Positions 8,197-19,100 of a stretch of 64,000 nt of DNA are shown here, piece after piece. Location of the stretch: positions 32,001 through 96,000 of the IMG/VR virus record IMGVR_UViG_2728369482_000003; one strand, given 5' to 3'. Below the pieces are notes generated by a model that saw nothing but the letters and a program-made list of their open reading frames with translations, was not told the origin of the DNA and did not search any database. The position numbers and the translations under genes were made by a program. Source of the DNA: a virus (taxonomy: Duplodnaviria > Caudoviricetes). Position 1 is the first letter of the stretch; every line of letters begins with the position of its first letter.

Positions 8197-10868
8197 GCTA
8201 CGTCCGAAACATTCAGCTCCCCTCGACATTAGCGAGTGGGAGCTTTCAGCTGAGCATTCAGGATGCCGCCGGGGTTACCCTGCCGCCCCAGTCGCTGAGC
8301 TACAGCCGTCCCAGTTACCCTTCGGGTATGAGTCTGCGGGTTACCTACCAGGCGGCTACCAAACGGCTGTACATCAACCAGGCCGGGGACAACATCCAAA
8401 TTCGGATTCTGCGGCAGGACGGGGCCGTATTTGTCATGGCTAACCCGGATAATCCGAATCTGTCGTCCGGGGTTTTCTACGGAGCCGGTCCCCTGTCAGG
8501 GCAGGGAATATATACCCGGCAGTGGGATTTCCGGCAGAAAGCCGATGGGTCGGGCGGAATTCCCCAGTTACCGATCCAGATTACGGGGAAGCTCGATAAC
8601 GGCGTTACTTTCGATTTTTTCTGGACCCCCACGGAAGTAACGAATCTGGTCCTGTTCGAACCCAGTTCAACGACGCCGGTCGATCCGTCGGTAAAGGCTT
8701 ACAACAAGGTACTCTTCTGGGACAACTCGATCGGTTTCCACCCAGCGGTTCCCGGTATCGGCTGGCCCTACAACTGGGGGATGGCGGCTACCGAAGCCAG
8801 CAAGGATTACCGCCACCGGTTAATCGACAAGCTCCGGCTGAGTAACCCGGCCCTGCAGGCTTATGCCCTGGGAGGTGAAAACAATGCCAACGGCATCAAC
8901 GGCCTGACCAGTGGCGTAACCGTAGCATCGGTACCCGACTGGGAAGCCAATTACGATACCCGTAGTCTGGACAGTTACGCGGATGCCTATAACGTAGGAG
9001 CCGATCTGCTGATATTTGCCATCGGGGAAAACGTGGATGACGACGGGGTTACGGGCCGGGGCTTTAAGCAAAAAGTCCTCGATCTGTTTGCCCGCTTCAA
9101 AGCCGTCAACCCGACTATTCAGATCGTGATTCGAACGCCGGTCTGGAACAAACCGACCGTAACGGGAAATCTGATCCAGATTGCCCAGGAACAGGGTATT
9201 CCGTTCTGGACGGGTTCGGCCCTGATTGGTGATCCGGCCAACTTTGGCTTCGATAAGCCGGCCGGACAGACGACCGAACCGACCGATGGGGTCAAAGCCC
9301 ACCCCAACAACACGGGGATGGCAAAAATTGCCGAAGGGGTTTATGCAGCTATTCCGGTTAAAAACTCGACGATTCCACCCTCGGCCGGTAACGCTACCCG
9401 AATCAGCGGGGGTTTCTACGAGTCTCCTTCGCTGGCGGATATGTTCAGTCGGGCTCCGTTCGTTCCCGATCAGAACCAGCTTTCCGACTGGCCCAATGCT
9501 ACGGCTAAAATTCTGGAAAACGACCAGATCGTACTGGGGATTCATAAATCGATTGGCGGTTCGATTACCATCATCAAGGATAAACGGGACGGAATCAACC
9601 TGGTCAATACCTACGCGATCGGTCAGCCCAGCAATCCTGATGCCTGGGATACGGGACGATCGGGTGACTACTCGATCTACGGAACGCCGATCGGGTCAGG
9701 AGATTCCTACTACGAAGCCGGACAAAACACCAACCAGACCGGGGACGATACGGGCTACAACGGGGTTCCCGGTGGTTCCCGCTACCTGGACCGCTCAACG
9801 ATTACCTTTTACCAGCGGAAAAACGTGGAAGGACTGGGTCTGGTCGATTACGTCCGAACGACACCCAAACAATGGAGCATCCAGAACATCGATACCCAGT
9901 ACGTTCGTCACGCCTGGTACTATCTGCTGGGCAGCAGCTACTGCTGGACCTATCTGATCGAGTGTAACCGAACTGATTCCCAGCGTACGTTCGAAGGTCG
10001 AGAACAGGAAGGTCCGTTTATTTATACCATCGGTAACAACTACCAGTACCTGGTCGAGCTGGGAACCGATGGTACGACTACCCAGATTCAGAAAAGTGAT
10101 TTCCCGGGCGGTCAGAACGATACGGGGATCTACTATACGACGGGTAACTACATCGGTTCCTACAACCCGACGTCGGGCCGGGGGCTTACGCTGTTCGCTC
10201 CTCACTGCTCCCGGGTCCGGGGTAAACAGTTTATCGGTCAGGCGGGTGACGAGTACTCCAACTCCAGTGGTTACATCGATATTGCTGACTTTAAAGATGC
10301 CGACAGTATCGGTAAATGGATGGTTCAGGGCTTTACCCACGTGGGTAGCAATGCCGAGTTCAAGACCTGGCGGGCGGCTCAGATGATTCCGACGCTGCCC
10401 CTGAAATGGAATTTCTCGGGAGGAGACTTCCAGGGCTGGGCCAGTCTGTCGGGTAAGTTCCAGAAGATCGGGGGCGTGAGTACGCTGTTCATGGGGGAAC
10501 CCCGTAAGCAGGACGGATCCCGGGGTGAGACCGTATTCGTTTCTCCGTCGGGCAGCTGGCAGGTAGACAGCCTGCAGACGTTGTATCTCAACGCGGCCAT
10601 CAAAGGCTTGTCCCGGCTCTATATCAGCTGGCTTAAACCCGGTCAGACCGAGATCCAGGCGGCTCAGGCCGGTCAGTACAAGGAATTCGACGTCAGCGCC
10701 ACCGACAGCTTTCAGACCTATACCTTCTCGATGGCGGGTAGTCCCTGGAACGGGATCATCTCCCGCTTTCAGTTCGGTATTCCCGGTGCCAACCGGAGTG
10801 GTCTCAACGGCTCGGAATACCTCAAACCCGGCTGGATCAATACCGTCAACCAGGCTCCCCAGTTCTAA
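8193..10868 (+). CDS. Multidomain SGNH/GDSL esterase with carbohydrate-enzyme-like C-terminal domains (putative receptor-binding protein/depolymerase)
   Basis: 891 aa; FWDNSI (block I variant), WGMAAT, IGEN (block III) and HPN (block V); beta-rich C-terminal half. Confidence 0.7.
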   Translation: MSYVRNIQLPSTLASGSFQLSIQDAAGVTLPPQSLSYSRPSYPSGMSLRVTYQAATKRLYINQAGDNIQIRILRQDGAVFVMANPDNPNLSSGVFYGAGPLSGQGIYTRQWDFRQKADGSGGIPQLPIQITGKLDNGVTFDFFWTPTEVTNLVLFEPSSTTPVDPSVKAYNKVLFWDNSIGFHPAVPGIGWPYNWGMAATEASKDYRHRLIDKLRLSNPALQAYALGGENNANGINGLTSGVTVASVPDWEANYDTRSLDSYADAYNVGADLLIFAIGENVDDDGVTGRGFKQKVLDLFARFKAVNPTIQIVIRTPVWNKPTVTGNLIQIAQEQGIPFWTGSALIGDPANFGFDKPAGQTTEPTDGVKAHPNNTGMAKIAEGVYAAIPVKNSTIPPSAGNATRISGGFYESPSLADMFSRAPFVPDQNQLSDWPNATAKILENDQIVLGIHKSIGGSITIIKDKRDGINLVNTYAIGQPSNPDAWDTGRSGDYSIYGTPIGSGDSYYEAGQNTNQTGDDTGYNGVPGGSRYLDRSTITFYQRKNVEGLGLVDYVRTTPKQWSIQNIDTQYVRHAWYYLLGSSYCWTYLIECNRTDSQRTFEGREQEGPFIYTIGNNYQYLVELGTDGTTTQIQKSDFPGGQNDTGIYYTTGNYIGSYNPTSGRGLTLFAPHCSRVRGKQFIGQAGDEYSNSSGYIDIADFKDADSIGKWMVQGFTHVGSNAEFKTWRAAQMIPTLPLKWNFSGGDFQGWASLSGKFQKIGGVSTLFMGEPRKQDGSRGETVFVSPSGSWQVDSLQTLYLNAAIKGLSRLYISWLKPGQTEIQAAQAGQYKEFDVSATDSFQTYTFSMAGSPWNGIISRFQFGIPGANRSGLNGSEYLKPGWINTVNQAPQF

Positions 10869-10879
10869 ACCTCTCTTTT

Positions 10880-11086
10880 ATGGCCTGTTCATCCTGCCAG
10901 GACCCACCCGTTGCCGGCTGCGTGGATACCCTGCCCGCCGACTGTCTCCAGTTCCCCGACGGAACCAAAGCCGGCGGGCTGCTTTACCAGCTTAAACCGC
11001 TGGTCAGTAACAACCAGCTCGATCTGATTACCTACCTGAAGGCTAACCCGGCCGTTGTGGCCCAGCTCAAACTTCTGCTCAGCTAA
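10880..11086 (+). CDS. Small Cys-rich protein resembling the N-terminus of 6505..8196
   Basis: 68 aa, MACSSC start; TAATG coupling to the next gene. Confidence 0.6.
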   Translation: MACSSCQDPPVAGCVDTLPADCLQFPDGTKAGGLLYQLKPLVSNNQLDLITYLKANPAVVAQLKLLLS

Positions 11087-11685
11087 TGGCGGCAACAACC
11101 TTATCCATTTCGGGGGGAACGCCCCCTTTTAAAGTTACCATCACCGAAGCCGCTTCGGGTAACCAGATTCCCTGTAGCTCGGGCTGCGGCAGTAGCAACG
11201 ACCGAAGCCGGAACATCGTTTTTTCGGCCCTGACGGGGACTTACAACTACCGGATGCGGATCGAGGATTCGTCCTCACCCGTCTGCGTTTCCGAGCAGCT
11301 GACCGGTGCGTTGACCTGTCAGTCCGGATCGACCGTCAGTTTTACGGCCAACGTAATCCAGCCCACCTGTTCGGGGTCTACCCTAAGCTCGTCGGCTACC
11401 GTTCAGCTGAGTAACATTGCCAACGGAAACCGCTACCACATCTACCAGAACAACAGCATTTCGGGTAACGACTGCGGGGGAGCCATTTCCTTTACCGGTT
11501 CTTCGGTAAGTATTCCCGTCAATGCTCCGGCCCAGGGACAGTCCCAGCCCTACGCCATCCGAATCTGGGGTGGTTCGGACTGTTCCAGTTACGCCGATGC
11601 CATCGTTACCGTCAATTCACCGACCTGCCAGCCTGGTTCCAGCTGTAACCTGACTATTTCGCTGGGAACCCCGACCTGCTCCTGA
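11086..11685 (+). CDS. Cys-rich SprB/Ig-like fibre module protein
   Basis: 199 aa; ISGGTPPF (SprB-like) plus one PTC-type module. Confidence 0.6.
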   Translation: MAATTLSISGGTPPFKVTITEAASGNQIPCSSGCGSSNDRSRNIVFSALTGTYNYRMRIEDSSSPVCVSEQLTGALTCQSGSTVSFTANVIQPTCSGSTLSSSATVQLSNIANGNRYHIYQNNSISGNDCGGAISFTGSSVSIPVNAPAQGQSQPYAIRIWGGSDCSSYADAIVTVNSPTCQPGSSCNLTISLGTPTCS

Positions 11686-11686
11686 T

Positions 11687-13177
11687 ATGGGTAAAATCCC
11701 GTTGAGTATCCAGAACGCACCCGGACCGGCTACGATCTCGGTCAAGCTGGCCGGCGATGCCACCGAAAGGTATACCGGCTATACCGACGGGTACTGCTAT
11801 TTCAATGCTCCCCAGGACGCCCAGACCCACACCTATACCCTTCAGGTCAACGCGGGTTCCTGTCAGACGGCCCAGACTTTTTCGCTCTATTGCGGAGCTC
11901 CTCAGACCTGTTCCCCACCCAATAACGTGTACCGGTTTGCCGTTCCACCGGGCGAGGTTCGTTACAATACGGCCGATGAAGCCTGTCAGGGAGTCTGTAG
12001 CGGAACGACCGGGAACGAAGGCGGGCATCCGGTCGATTACCTGGGAGTGGGTGGTAAAATCTTCGATAACTTCGTCAACTGTACCGCCTGGAATAATACC
12101 GGCTGGTTTCCCGTTCACCAGAACCCGGGGGATCCGTTTACCCAGATCGTTCAGGTTCAGAACGGGATTATTCAGGCCCTGCAAAGCTGCCCGTGCGGAA
12201 ACAACGATACCCAGCCCAGCTTTACATTGTCCGCCCGCAACCCGACCTGTGACGGCTCGATTTCGAGCGGCTTACTGCTAACAGGTATTCAACGGGTGGA
12301 TCGGTACCGGTACACGAGTGGTACCAGCTACACGGGTCCCATCGACTGCCAGCAGGGTACTCCGCTAACGTCGGCCAACGGCTCGTTTCTGATCGACATT
12401 CCGGCCCCGGCTCCGGGCAACTCAAACACCTATACGGTACGGGGCTGGAATACGGCCAACTGCGGTCAGTGGTGGGATCAGACGGTTACCGTTACGGCTC
12501 CGGTCTGTCAGACGGGACCGGCTCCGATGACCGTGACGGCTTTTCAGCCAAGCTGCCAGAACGGGCAAATTACGGGGGGCGGCTTTTCGATTCGGAACGG
12601 GGATAGATCGGGAAAATTCCGGTACTGTTACGGTAGCAGCTTTGGTTGTACCAGTGACTGCTCGGCTCCCGACGGGTATCTGCAGAACGGTTCTGTCGAT
12701 TACGGTTTATCTTTCAATAGCCGCTCATCGGGCTACAATCAGGACGTAACCATCCGGGTTTACAAGGGAGACTGTTCGTCGTTTACCGATACGACCCTGA
12801 CCTTTTCGGTACCGGCCTGTAACGTCCCCTGTACGCCTTCGGAAGCCAATGTATCCGAGCGGTATGACGGTAAAGCGGAGATTAAAAACTATAGCTATCA
12901 GAATACCAACTGCGTCGATCAGACGGTTTACGTAGCCTTCAACCCCTTTAGTATACCCGACAAGATCAGTTTGTTTATCGACGGCCGTCAGGTATTTACC
13001 TCGGGCTGTCTGGGGGATGACGTGCGAACCGGTAAAACGGTCCTGCTCCACCACGGGGAAACGCTCCGGGTCGAAGTAGACGGAACCTGTTCGGGTAATT
13101 CTGGTACGCTCTGGCAGCTGGTGATGTCGAGTAAACAGGGGGTATTCGGACAGGAGTATACGCCCGTCAACCGGTAA
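11687..13177 (+). CDS. Cys-rich fibre/adhesin-like protein
   Basis: 496 aa; two PTC/PSC modules and a C-terminal domain with SIPDKI and GTLWQ. Confidence 0.6.
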   Translation: MGKIPLSIQNAPGPATISVKLAGDATERYTGYTDGYCYFNAPQDAQTHTYTLQVNAGSCQTAQTFSLYCGAPQTCSPPNNVYRFAVPPGEVRYNTADEACQGVCSGTTGNEGGHPVDYLGVGGKIFDNFVNCTAWNNTGWFPVHQNPGDPFTQIVQVQNGIIQALQSCPCGNNDTQPSFTLSARNPTCDGSISSGLLLTGIQRVDRYRYTSGTSYTGPIDCQQGTPLTSANGSFLIDIPAPAPGNSNTYTVRGWNTANCGQWWDQTVTVTAPVCQTGPAPMTVTAFQPSCQNGQITGGGFSIRNGDRSGKFRYCYGSSFGCTSDCSAPDGYLQNGSVDYGLSFNSRSSGYNQDVTIRVYKGDCSSFTDTTLTFSVPACNVPCTPSEANVSERYDGKAEIKNYSYQNTNCVDQTVYVAFNPFSIPDKISLFIDGRQVFTSGCLGDDVRTGKTVLLHHGETLRVEVDGTCSGNSGTLWQLVMSSKQGVFGQEYTPVNR

Positions 13178-13188
13178 ACCCAATCCTT

Positions 13189-13237
13189 ACCCGTTCGTTC
13201 AGGACCCTGACCGGTTCGAACCGGACGGGTAAGTTTG
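13189..13237 (+). promoter_or_regulatory. Putative late promoter, copy 1
   Basis: TCAGG-AC-CCTGA at 13199-13210; Bacteroidota -7 box TAAGTTTG at 13230-13237 (31 nt offset); ATG at 13242. Confidence 0.7.
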
Positions 13238-13241
13238 CCTT

Positions 13242-13616
13242 ATGAATCCAACGCCCCTAGAAGCTAACTGGCTGGCCGAATCCGAGCGGGTTCCCTTCCG
13301 GCTTTACCCGTATAAATCACCCGGTCAGCTGCCGGCCGAAAGTCTGACTCCGGACCTGCAGCTACGGATGCAGTCGATCAAGGGTCAACTGGCCGTAGCG
13401 ACTGGTCTGGGCTGTTCCTGCCGGGTCCACGGTCAGTTTTACCGGGCCGTACCACCGGGCGATCCCCAACCCCAGTTTTCCACCAGCTTTGGCTCCCAGG
13501 CCGTGATCGATCTGCAGACGGGTCACCTTTATTTCGGACCCGCCCAGGAAACTCTGGAAATCGGAAAAGCCGCTCAGACCGACTGGCAGTACTTTCTTCA
13601 CTACAGTATCAACTGA
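13242..13616 (+). CDS. Hypothetical protein
   Basis: 124 aa immediately behind the promoter; phage-typical codon usage. Confidence 0.6.
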   Translation: MNPTPLEANWLAESERVPFRLYPYKSPGQLPAESLTPDLQLRMQSIKGQLAVATGLGCSCRVHGQFYRAVPPGDPQPQFSTSFGSQAVIDLQTGHLYFGPAQETLEIGKAAQTDWQYFLHYSIN

Positions 13617-13620
13617 GCCT

Positions 13621-13938
13621 TTGGAGCCTGTGAATCAAATTCGTTGGAATGGATATGACACCGGTACGTTGAAGCAGCATTATGCCGACTTTACCGGGTT
13701 TAACCCGGACTATATCCAGGTTATACTCTATGACACGAAAGAGTTGATGTTTACTTACCCTTTGGACAAACTGGAGAATTTTCATCAAACGTTTGGCCTG
13801 GTAACGATCCAGGCTAACCACCTCAGTGAAGTCGTATCCTTGATAACGTTAACCGAACGGGTAGCCACCAGTAAACCCGTAATAGCCGTTCGGGCTTCTA
13901 TTATGGAACGGGAAAGACTAAAAAATCTCGCCTTATGA
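13621..13938 (+). CDS. Hypothetical protein
   Basis: 105 aa; fills the operon and is coupled to the next gene; start uncertain. Confidence 0.55.
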   Translation: MEPVNQIRWNGYDTGTLKQHYADFTGFNPDYIQVILYDTKELMFTYPLDKLENFHQTFGLVTIQANHLSEVVSLITLTERVATSKPVIAVRASIMERERLKNLAL

Positions 13939-14525
13939 TTGTTCAGGAAACCGAATACCGTATACCAGCCGTCGATGAGCTGGTAGATGGTTTTAACTAC
14001 GAGAAACTAATACCGGCTTTGGGTTGGGTAGCTAAAACCCAGGAGGGAGTACCGTCAGCTGATACTCAGGAGTTGTTTGCCAGTTTGATTCAATGGGAAC
14101 AGGTCCGGGTTTCCTATACAGTCACCCGGGAGATCGAACCGCCTAAACCTTCATACCTGGATCGGTTCAAAAGCTGGCTTTCGGAAACCCCGTTTTTCAG
14201 TACGTACGTGGCTCCCCTGCTGGCCGTGGCCGCTCCATTGGTGCTGCTGGTACTAGGCTTTGCCGGCATCGGCTTTCTGGACCTGTTGAAAATCGGGGCT
14301 ACCGGTCATCAGCTGGTTTATCTGTTTCTGAACGGACTGGTTCTGCTCACGCTGGCCCGGATCGGTGACCGGATAATCCGGTACGCCTTCGAGCATTTCA
14401 ACCTGCTGAATACCCGGCCGTCAGCAACGGATAAACCCTGGCTGCTCCCCGTCCAGACTGATTATACCCGAATCCTGCTGATTGTGATGGGGGTTCTCTA
14501 CACGGTAACCCTGCTGGCCAAGTGA
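13935..14525 (+). CDS. Membrane protein
   Basis: 196 aa with 3-4 hydrophobic segments in the C-terminal half. Confidence 0.6.
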   Translation: MIVQETEYRIPAVDELVDGFNYEKLIPALGWVAKTQEGVPSADTQELFASLIQWEQVRVSYTVTREIEPPKPSYLDRFKSWLSETPFFSTYVAPLLAVAAPLVLLVLGFAGIGFLDLLKIGATGHQLVYLFLNGLVLLTLARIGDRIIRYAFEHFNLLNTRPSATDKPWLLPVQTDYTRILLIVMGVLYTVTLLAK

Positions 14526-15124
14526 ATACCCGACGGGACTGGATTTATCAGGTACGCAGCCGGTTTCGGGCCGATACGGTAGACAGCCGGTTGTCCAATC
14601 GGATGATCAGCTTCGAACTGGAAAAAATGCTGACCCTGTTGATCCGGCGGGATTCCGACAGCCGCAAGACCTGGAAGCAGACCAACCTGTTTACCCGGCA
14701 ACTCATCGAACTGACCACCGTAGACGGTCGGAGCCGCTCGGTAAATCCCTTACCACCGATTTTTCAGGGAAGTCTGAACCCGTACCTGCAGATTCTGGGG
14801 AGTGACGGGACCAGCTGGACCTTATCGACGCCGTTGCAGCAGGCGGGTAGCTGTGGTTTTTATGGCTGGCTGGATAACGAGAATTACCTGGTACTGACCC
14901 GGCCGGGTATTACCCAGATCGAGGTTCGGTATTTCGGTAAGCCGTACCGGCAGCCGGGTAGCTGCCAGTCGGAACTGGACGTGCTGCTGCCCGTACCGGA
15001 CCACCTGGAAGAAGACCTGCTGACGAGTGTCTGCAAGAACCTGGCCGCTGCTCCCCTACCCATACCCGAAGATTCCTTTCCCAACCAGAATGCCCAGACT
15101 ACCGCTCCACGACCCACTGCGTAG
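14522..15124 (+). CDS. Ring/tail structural protein
   Basis: 200 aa; DSRLSNRMI, RS..PLP.I and YGWLDNENYL motifs resemble crAss ring proteins. Confidence 0.6.
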   Translation: MNTRRDWIYQVRSRFRADTVDSRLSNRMISFELEKMLTLLIRRDSDSRKTWKQTNLFTRQLIELTTVDGRSRSVNPLPPIFQGSLNPYLQILGSDGTSWTLSTPLQQAGSCGFYGWLDNENYLVLTRPGITQIEVRYFGKPYRQPGSCQSELDVLLPVPDHLEEDLLTSVCKNLAAAPLPIPEDSFPNQNAQTTAPRPTA

Positions 15125-15560
15125 GGGAACCCCCCGTTTTAACAAAGGGCTTTACCAGGAGCTGGCTCCCCCGGTACCGTTTATGGTCTGGAAGCAGATT
15201 ATGCTACGGATGATGGCCCTGATCGGGGAAGAAATCCTCAGCAACCGTACGGGATTTACTCTGCCGGCCCAGCTGGGTCTGCTGGTGGTAGAAAAGATCA
15301 AACGACGGTCTGATGCCAAAAAACCCTTCATCGACCGGATTCATTTCTGCAAGACCGGAGAAAAACGAATCAACTACAACCGGCATACCTTTCAGCACAC
15401 CTACCGGATCGTCTGGGCCCCGCTAAGCAACACCCGGCTGCCCACCCGAACCCTGTGGCGATTCAAAGCCAGCCGGGCCCTCAATCGTCAGCTGGCCCAG
15501 CGGATCTTTGCTGGCCAGGATTACCTGCCCCTGGCTAAACAAGCTATTCCCCACCGGTAA
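15027..15560 (+). CDS. crAss IHF-like DNA-binding protein
   Basis: FTLPAQLGLL (IHF-like), YNRHT..Y.I.W and WRFKASR motifs; true start is probably downstream, near ATG 15090. Confidence 0.65.
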   Translation: MSARTWPLLPYPYPKIPFPTRMPRLPLHDPLRRGTPRFNKGLYQELAPPVPFMVWKQIMLRMMALIGEEILSNRTGFTLPAQLGLLVVEKIKRRSDAKKPFIDRIHFCKTGEKRINYNRHTFQHTYRIVWAPLSNTRLPTRTLWRFKASRALNRQLAQRIFAGQDYLPLAKQAIPHR

Positions 15561-16168
15561 TGTCCTACACCTTTGTCAACGCCGATACACTGATTCGACG
15601 GGTTCGACGGGTCCTGCGATCCTACGACGAAACGGGAATGATTGATCCGGTGGATTTTCCCCGGCTTCTCCGGGCCGGTCTGCACGATCTGGGCCTGCTG
15701 CCCGGCTACGAGCTGGAAACCCCCTTAGCCCTGATCCGGGGGAAAGCCCGGTTGCCTGACGGATTCCAGTCGGTTCATTCGGTATCGACCCAGACGGGCG
15801 ATCAGACCCGGTACTACGAACCATACCCCCGCAGCCGTCACGGCTATAAACTGGAAGCCGGCTGGCTTCATCTGCCGCTGGACGATCAGGAGATCTGGCT
15901 GCAATACGTGGGAGATAGTGAACCCGGTGAGCTGCCGGCCATTCCGGACAATCCGATCATTCAGACGTTTCTGGAGAAAAAGCTGGTGTACGAGCTGATT
16001 CATGACTGGCAATTTAACGGGGAAGAACTGAACCTGGAACGTAAGCTCCAACAGGCCGCCCAGGAGTACGAAGTAGCCTACCGGAATGCCCAGTTTGCCG
16101 TCAAACTCCCGTCTCCCCAGCAGGTAGCCACTTTTTTTCACCGGCAAAAACGCCGGCTTTACCGGTAA
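15560..16168 (+). CDS. Tail tubular/ring protein (P22 gp4-like position)
   Basis: 202 aa; ARLP.GF, L.Y.G, P.IPDN motifs; directly precedes the muzzle gene. Confidence 0.65.
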   Translation: MSYTFVNADTLIRRVRRVLRSYDETGMIDPVDFPRLLRAGLHDLGLLPGYELETPLALIRGKARLPDGFQSVHSVSTQTGDQTRYYEPYPRSRHGYKLEAGWLHLPLDDQEIWLQYVGDSEPGELPAIPDNPIIQTFLEKKLVYELIHDWQFNGEELNLERKLQQAAQEYEVAYRNAQFAVKLPSPQQVATFFHRQKRRLYR

Positions 16169-16171
16169 GTT

Positions 16172-19100
16172 ATGGAACCCATCCGTTCGTCCTCGGACCA
16201 GGGCCTTTCGCCCGATACCCATCCCATTCAGCAGAAGCCCGGCGTTACCTACGTGCTCAACGGCCGGGCGGAATCCCACCCTACCGGTTCCTACCAGTGG
16301 AGTAATGAGCCAGCCTCCGAGCTGGCTTTTTTGTTACCCGATGGGTATACCCTCTACGGTACCCTGCGGATTGCCGAACTGGCCCGGACGTTACTGTTTA
16401 CCGGTAACGGTAATCTGTCCCGAATCGATCAGGTGGGCCACAACCTGGGCCCTGAAGTCAGTGACGAATCGGTACCCGTCGGTACGGTGATAAATCTATT
16501 AAGCTCGGCCTGTCTGGACTTCAGCTCGGAACTATCCCTGGCCTACCAGCTTAAAAACGATTCCTTATTTATTTACCTGGCCGATGGTCGTAACCCGGAC
16601 CGCCGGATTCGGCTAGCCGTCAATGTAGCCGGTCAGCTGAGTCTGCATACGGACAGCCGAACGATTACGGGTAGAGGTCCCTGTCAGGAGCCTCAGTACG
16701 GAAACTCACTGGACTGTGATCGCTGCCGACTCGATCCACTGGCCAGTCTACCCCATGTCAGTATCGGTTCGGTCAATACCGGAGGTAGTTTTGAGACGGG
16801 AGCGGTTCAGGTACGGGCTGCCTACGCTACCGCCCAGGGAGAACGATTAACCGAATTTGGTTCGGGTAGCCGGTTGATTCCGCTTTTCGACGGACCGCTT
16901 ATCAGTAAACCCGGCATAGTCTCATCCAAGAGTATTACCTGTCAGCTATTGGCTCCCTCGGATACGATCTATACCCACGTGGTCCTGGGGGTCCTGCTGA
17001 ACATCGGCGGGCAGGTAACCACCTACCAAACGGACGTGTATCCGATTACTGGTCAGCAGATCGTTCTGCAGGGCAACGAAACCCGGTTTCCGCTGAGTCT
17101 TGCCGAGCTGCTGGAAGTGAGGACCCATTACGATCACAGTGATGGGCTGACTATTGGGGCTAACCGGCTGCTGCGGTGGGGGCTGGCTGAAAAAGCCATT
17201 TCGAATCTGCAGAAATACCTGCTTACTATCCCGGTTCAATGGCAGACCACCCGGCTCAGGGAAGGAGCGTACGGAGATCCGCTGGTAGCGGCCCAATTCA
17301 AAACCTACCCCCGGGACGAGGTAATCGGGCTGGGGATCGTTTTCGAGTACAACGACGGGGACGAGACGGGCGTGTTTCATCTACCGGGCCGCCCGTCGGT
17401 ATCCACGGACTGGACAACGGACATCTCGGCGGACGGACTAAGTCTGGATACTACTGGTTCGGGCGTACCCCGCTGGAAAGTACGTTCGACGGCTACGCTG
17501 AACTTTGCCCCCCGTAATCCCGAACCGGGAGCGTTGTGGGAATCCGGCTCGATGGGATACTGGGAATCCAGTCTGAGGTATCCCAACCGGCCCGAGGTGT
17601 GGGGAGAGCTGTGCGGGACTCCGATTCGTCACCACAAGCTACCCTCCTCGGCCGTCACCCACATTCACGACGGGCTGGTAACGGGGAATACGGCCCCGGC
17701 TCTGACCAAAGGAGCCAACTACATTTATCCACTGGGTATCCAGATTGATCCGGCCTTGATTCGGCAGGCCGTACAGCGGGCCGAAGCGGACGGGGTGGTC
17801 AAACCCGGTCTGATCAGCCGGTTCCGCATCGTTCGGGCCGACCGGACGGGACAGGCTTCGGTGGTGGCCCGAGGAGCTCTGTTCAATCTGAATTCTTACC
17901 AACACAAAGCCAAAACGGTTTATTATCCGAACTATCCCTTCAACGACCGGAGGACCGATCCCCTGCTGAGCGTGGAAGATTATTCGTACGGAGATTCGGT
18001 TCAGGGAACTCTGGCGGCCCAGACCCCGCTACCATTTACACCGTCGAACCGATATACGTTTCATTCACCGGATACTCATTTTACCACCGCTGGTCGGGCG
18101 GACTATTTGCAGATTGAAACCGAGGAAGTCGGTCAGATGCAGGGTGAGTTTCGGCTGGCCGAGGGACAGGCTGAACAGAAACTGTTCAACCGGCTACTGG
18201 GTCAAATTGCTTTTGATCTGACGGCTACTTCCATCAGTCGGGATGGTGACCCGGTTCTGCTAATTCTACGAATCCTGGCGGAATCGGAAACCTACAAAAC
18301 CTTACTAAAATCAGCCATTCCGTACGAGAACCAATCAACCCAGTTTACGGGAGTTGGGTATTACAATGGCTACAAACTCAATACCAGTCCGGGTAGCAGT
18401 ATCCGACCCCTGGAACAACAGGTCTATCTGGAACCGGCTGTTCAGCAGGTAGGACCCGATCTGATTAACAATCGTTTTCGGGAACGCTCGGTCTATTTGA
18501 AAACAAGTGACGGCGGAGCCAGCGGACAGACTATTCAGGTAACCATCGGGGGAGCTACGTTTACCATTCCCAAACCCCGGTTTTCTACGTTACCGTTACC
18601 TACTGTAGCCGATACCAGCCGGCGGACCATCTACGAAGCCGGCGGGCTGAACATCGAAATAACCGAACCTGTTTCGCTACAATATGCTACACTCCGGGTT
18701 CGAAAAGATGCTCAGTACGGGAACCTGTCGAGCATGAACTACCTGGAGATGGGGGATGCACCGGTGGAACTATCCGCAACGGGACTGGTGAATTACTTCG
18801 GTGGGGATACATTTATCAACCGATTCAGCCTGAAGCGGAAACATTCCTTTTTTACCCAGACCTGGTATAAACTGCCAGCCGGCTCATCCGTCAATTATAC
18901 CGATTTAGCCAACGTAGCGTATCCAACGTATGTATTCAATACAAGCGGTCTACCAACCAGTGTACCCGATTTAGGAGGTATAGGTAGTTTAGTCCGTACA
19001 GCTGTCGAAGCTTCATTTGGGCAGGTCGTTACCCGGCTGGATCAACCGGTCAACAAAGGGCTCTACCAACGGGGATACGTCCATCTCTACAGTTACGGTA

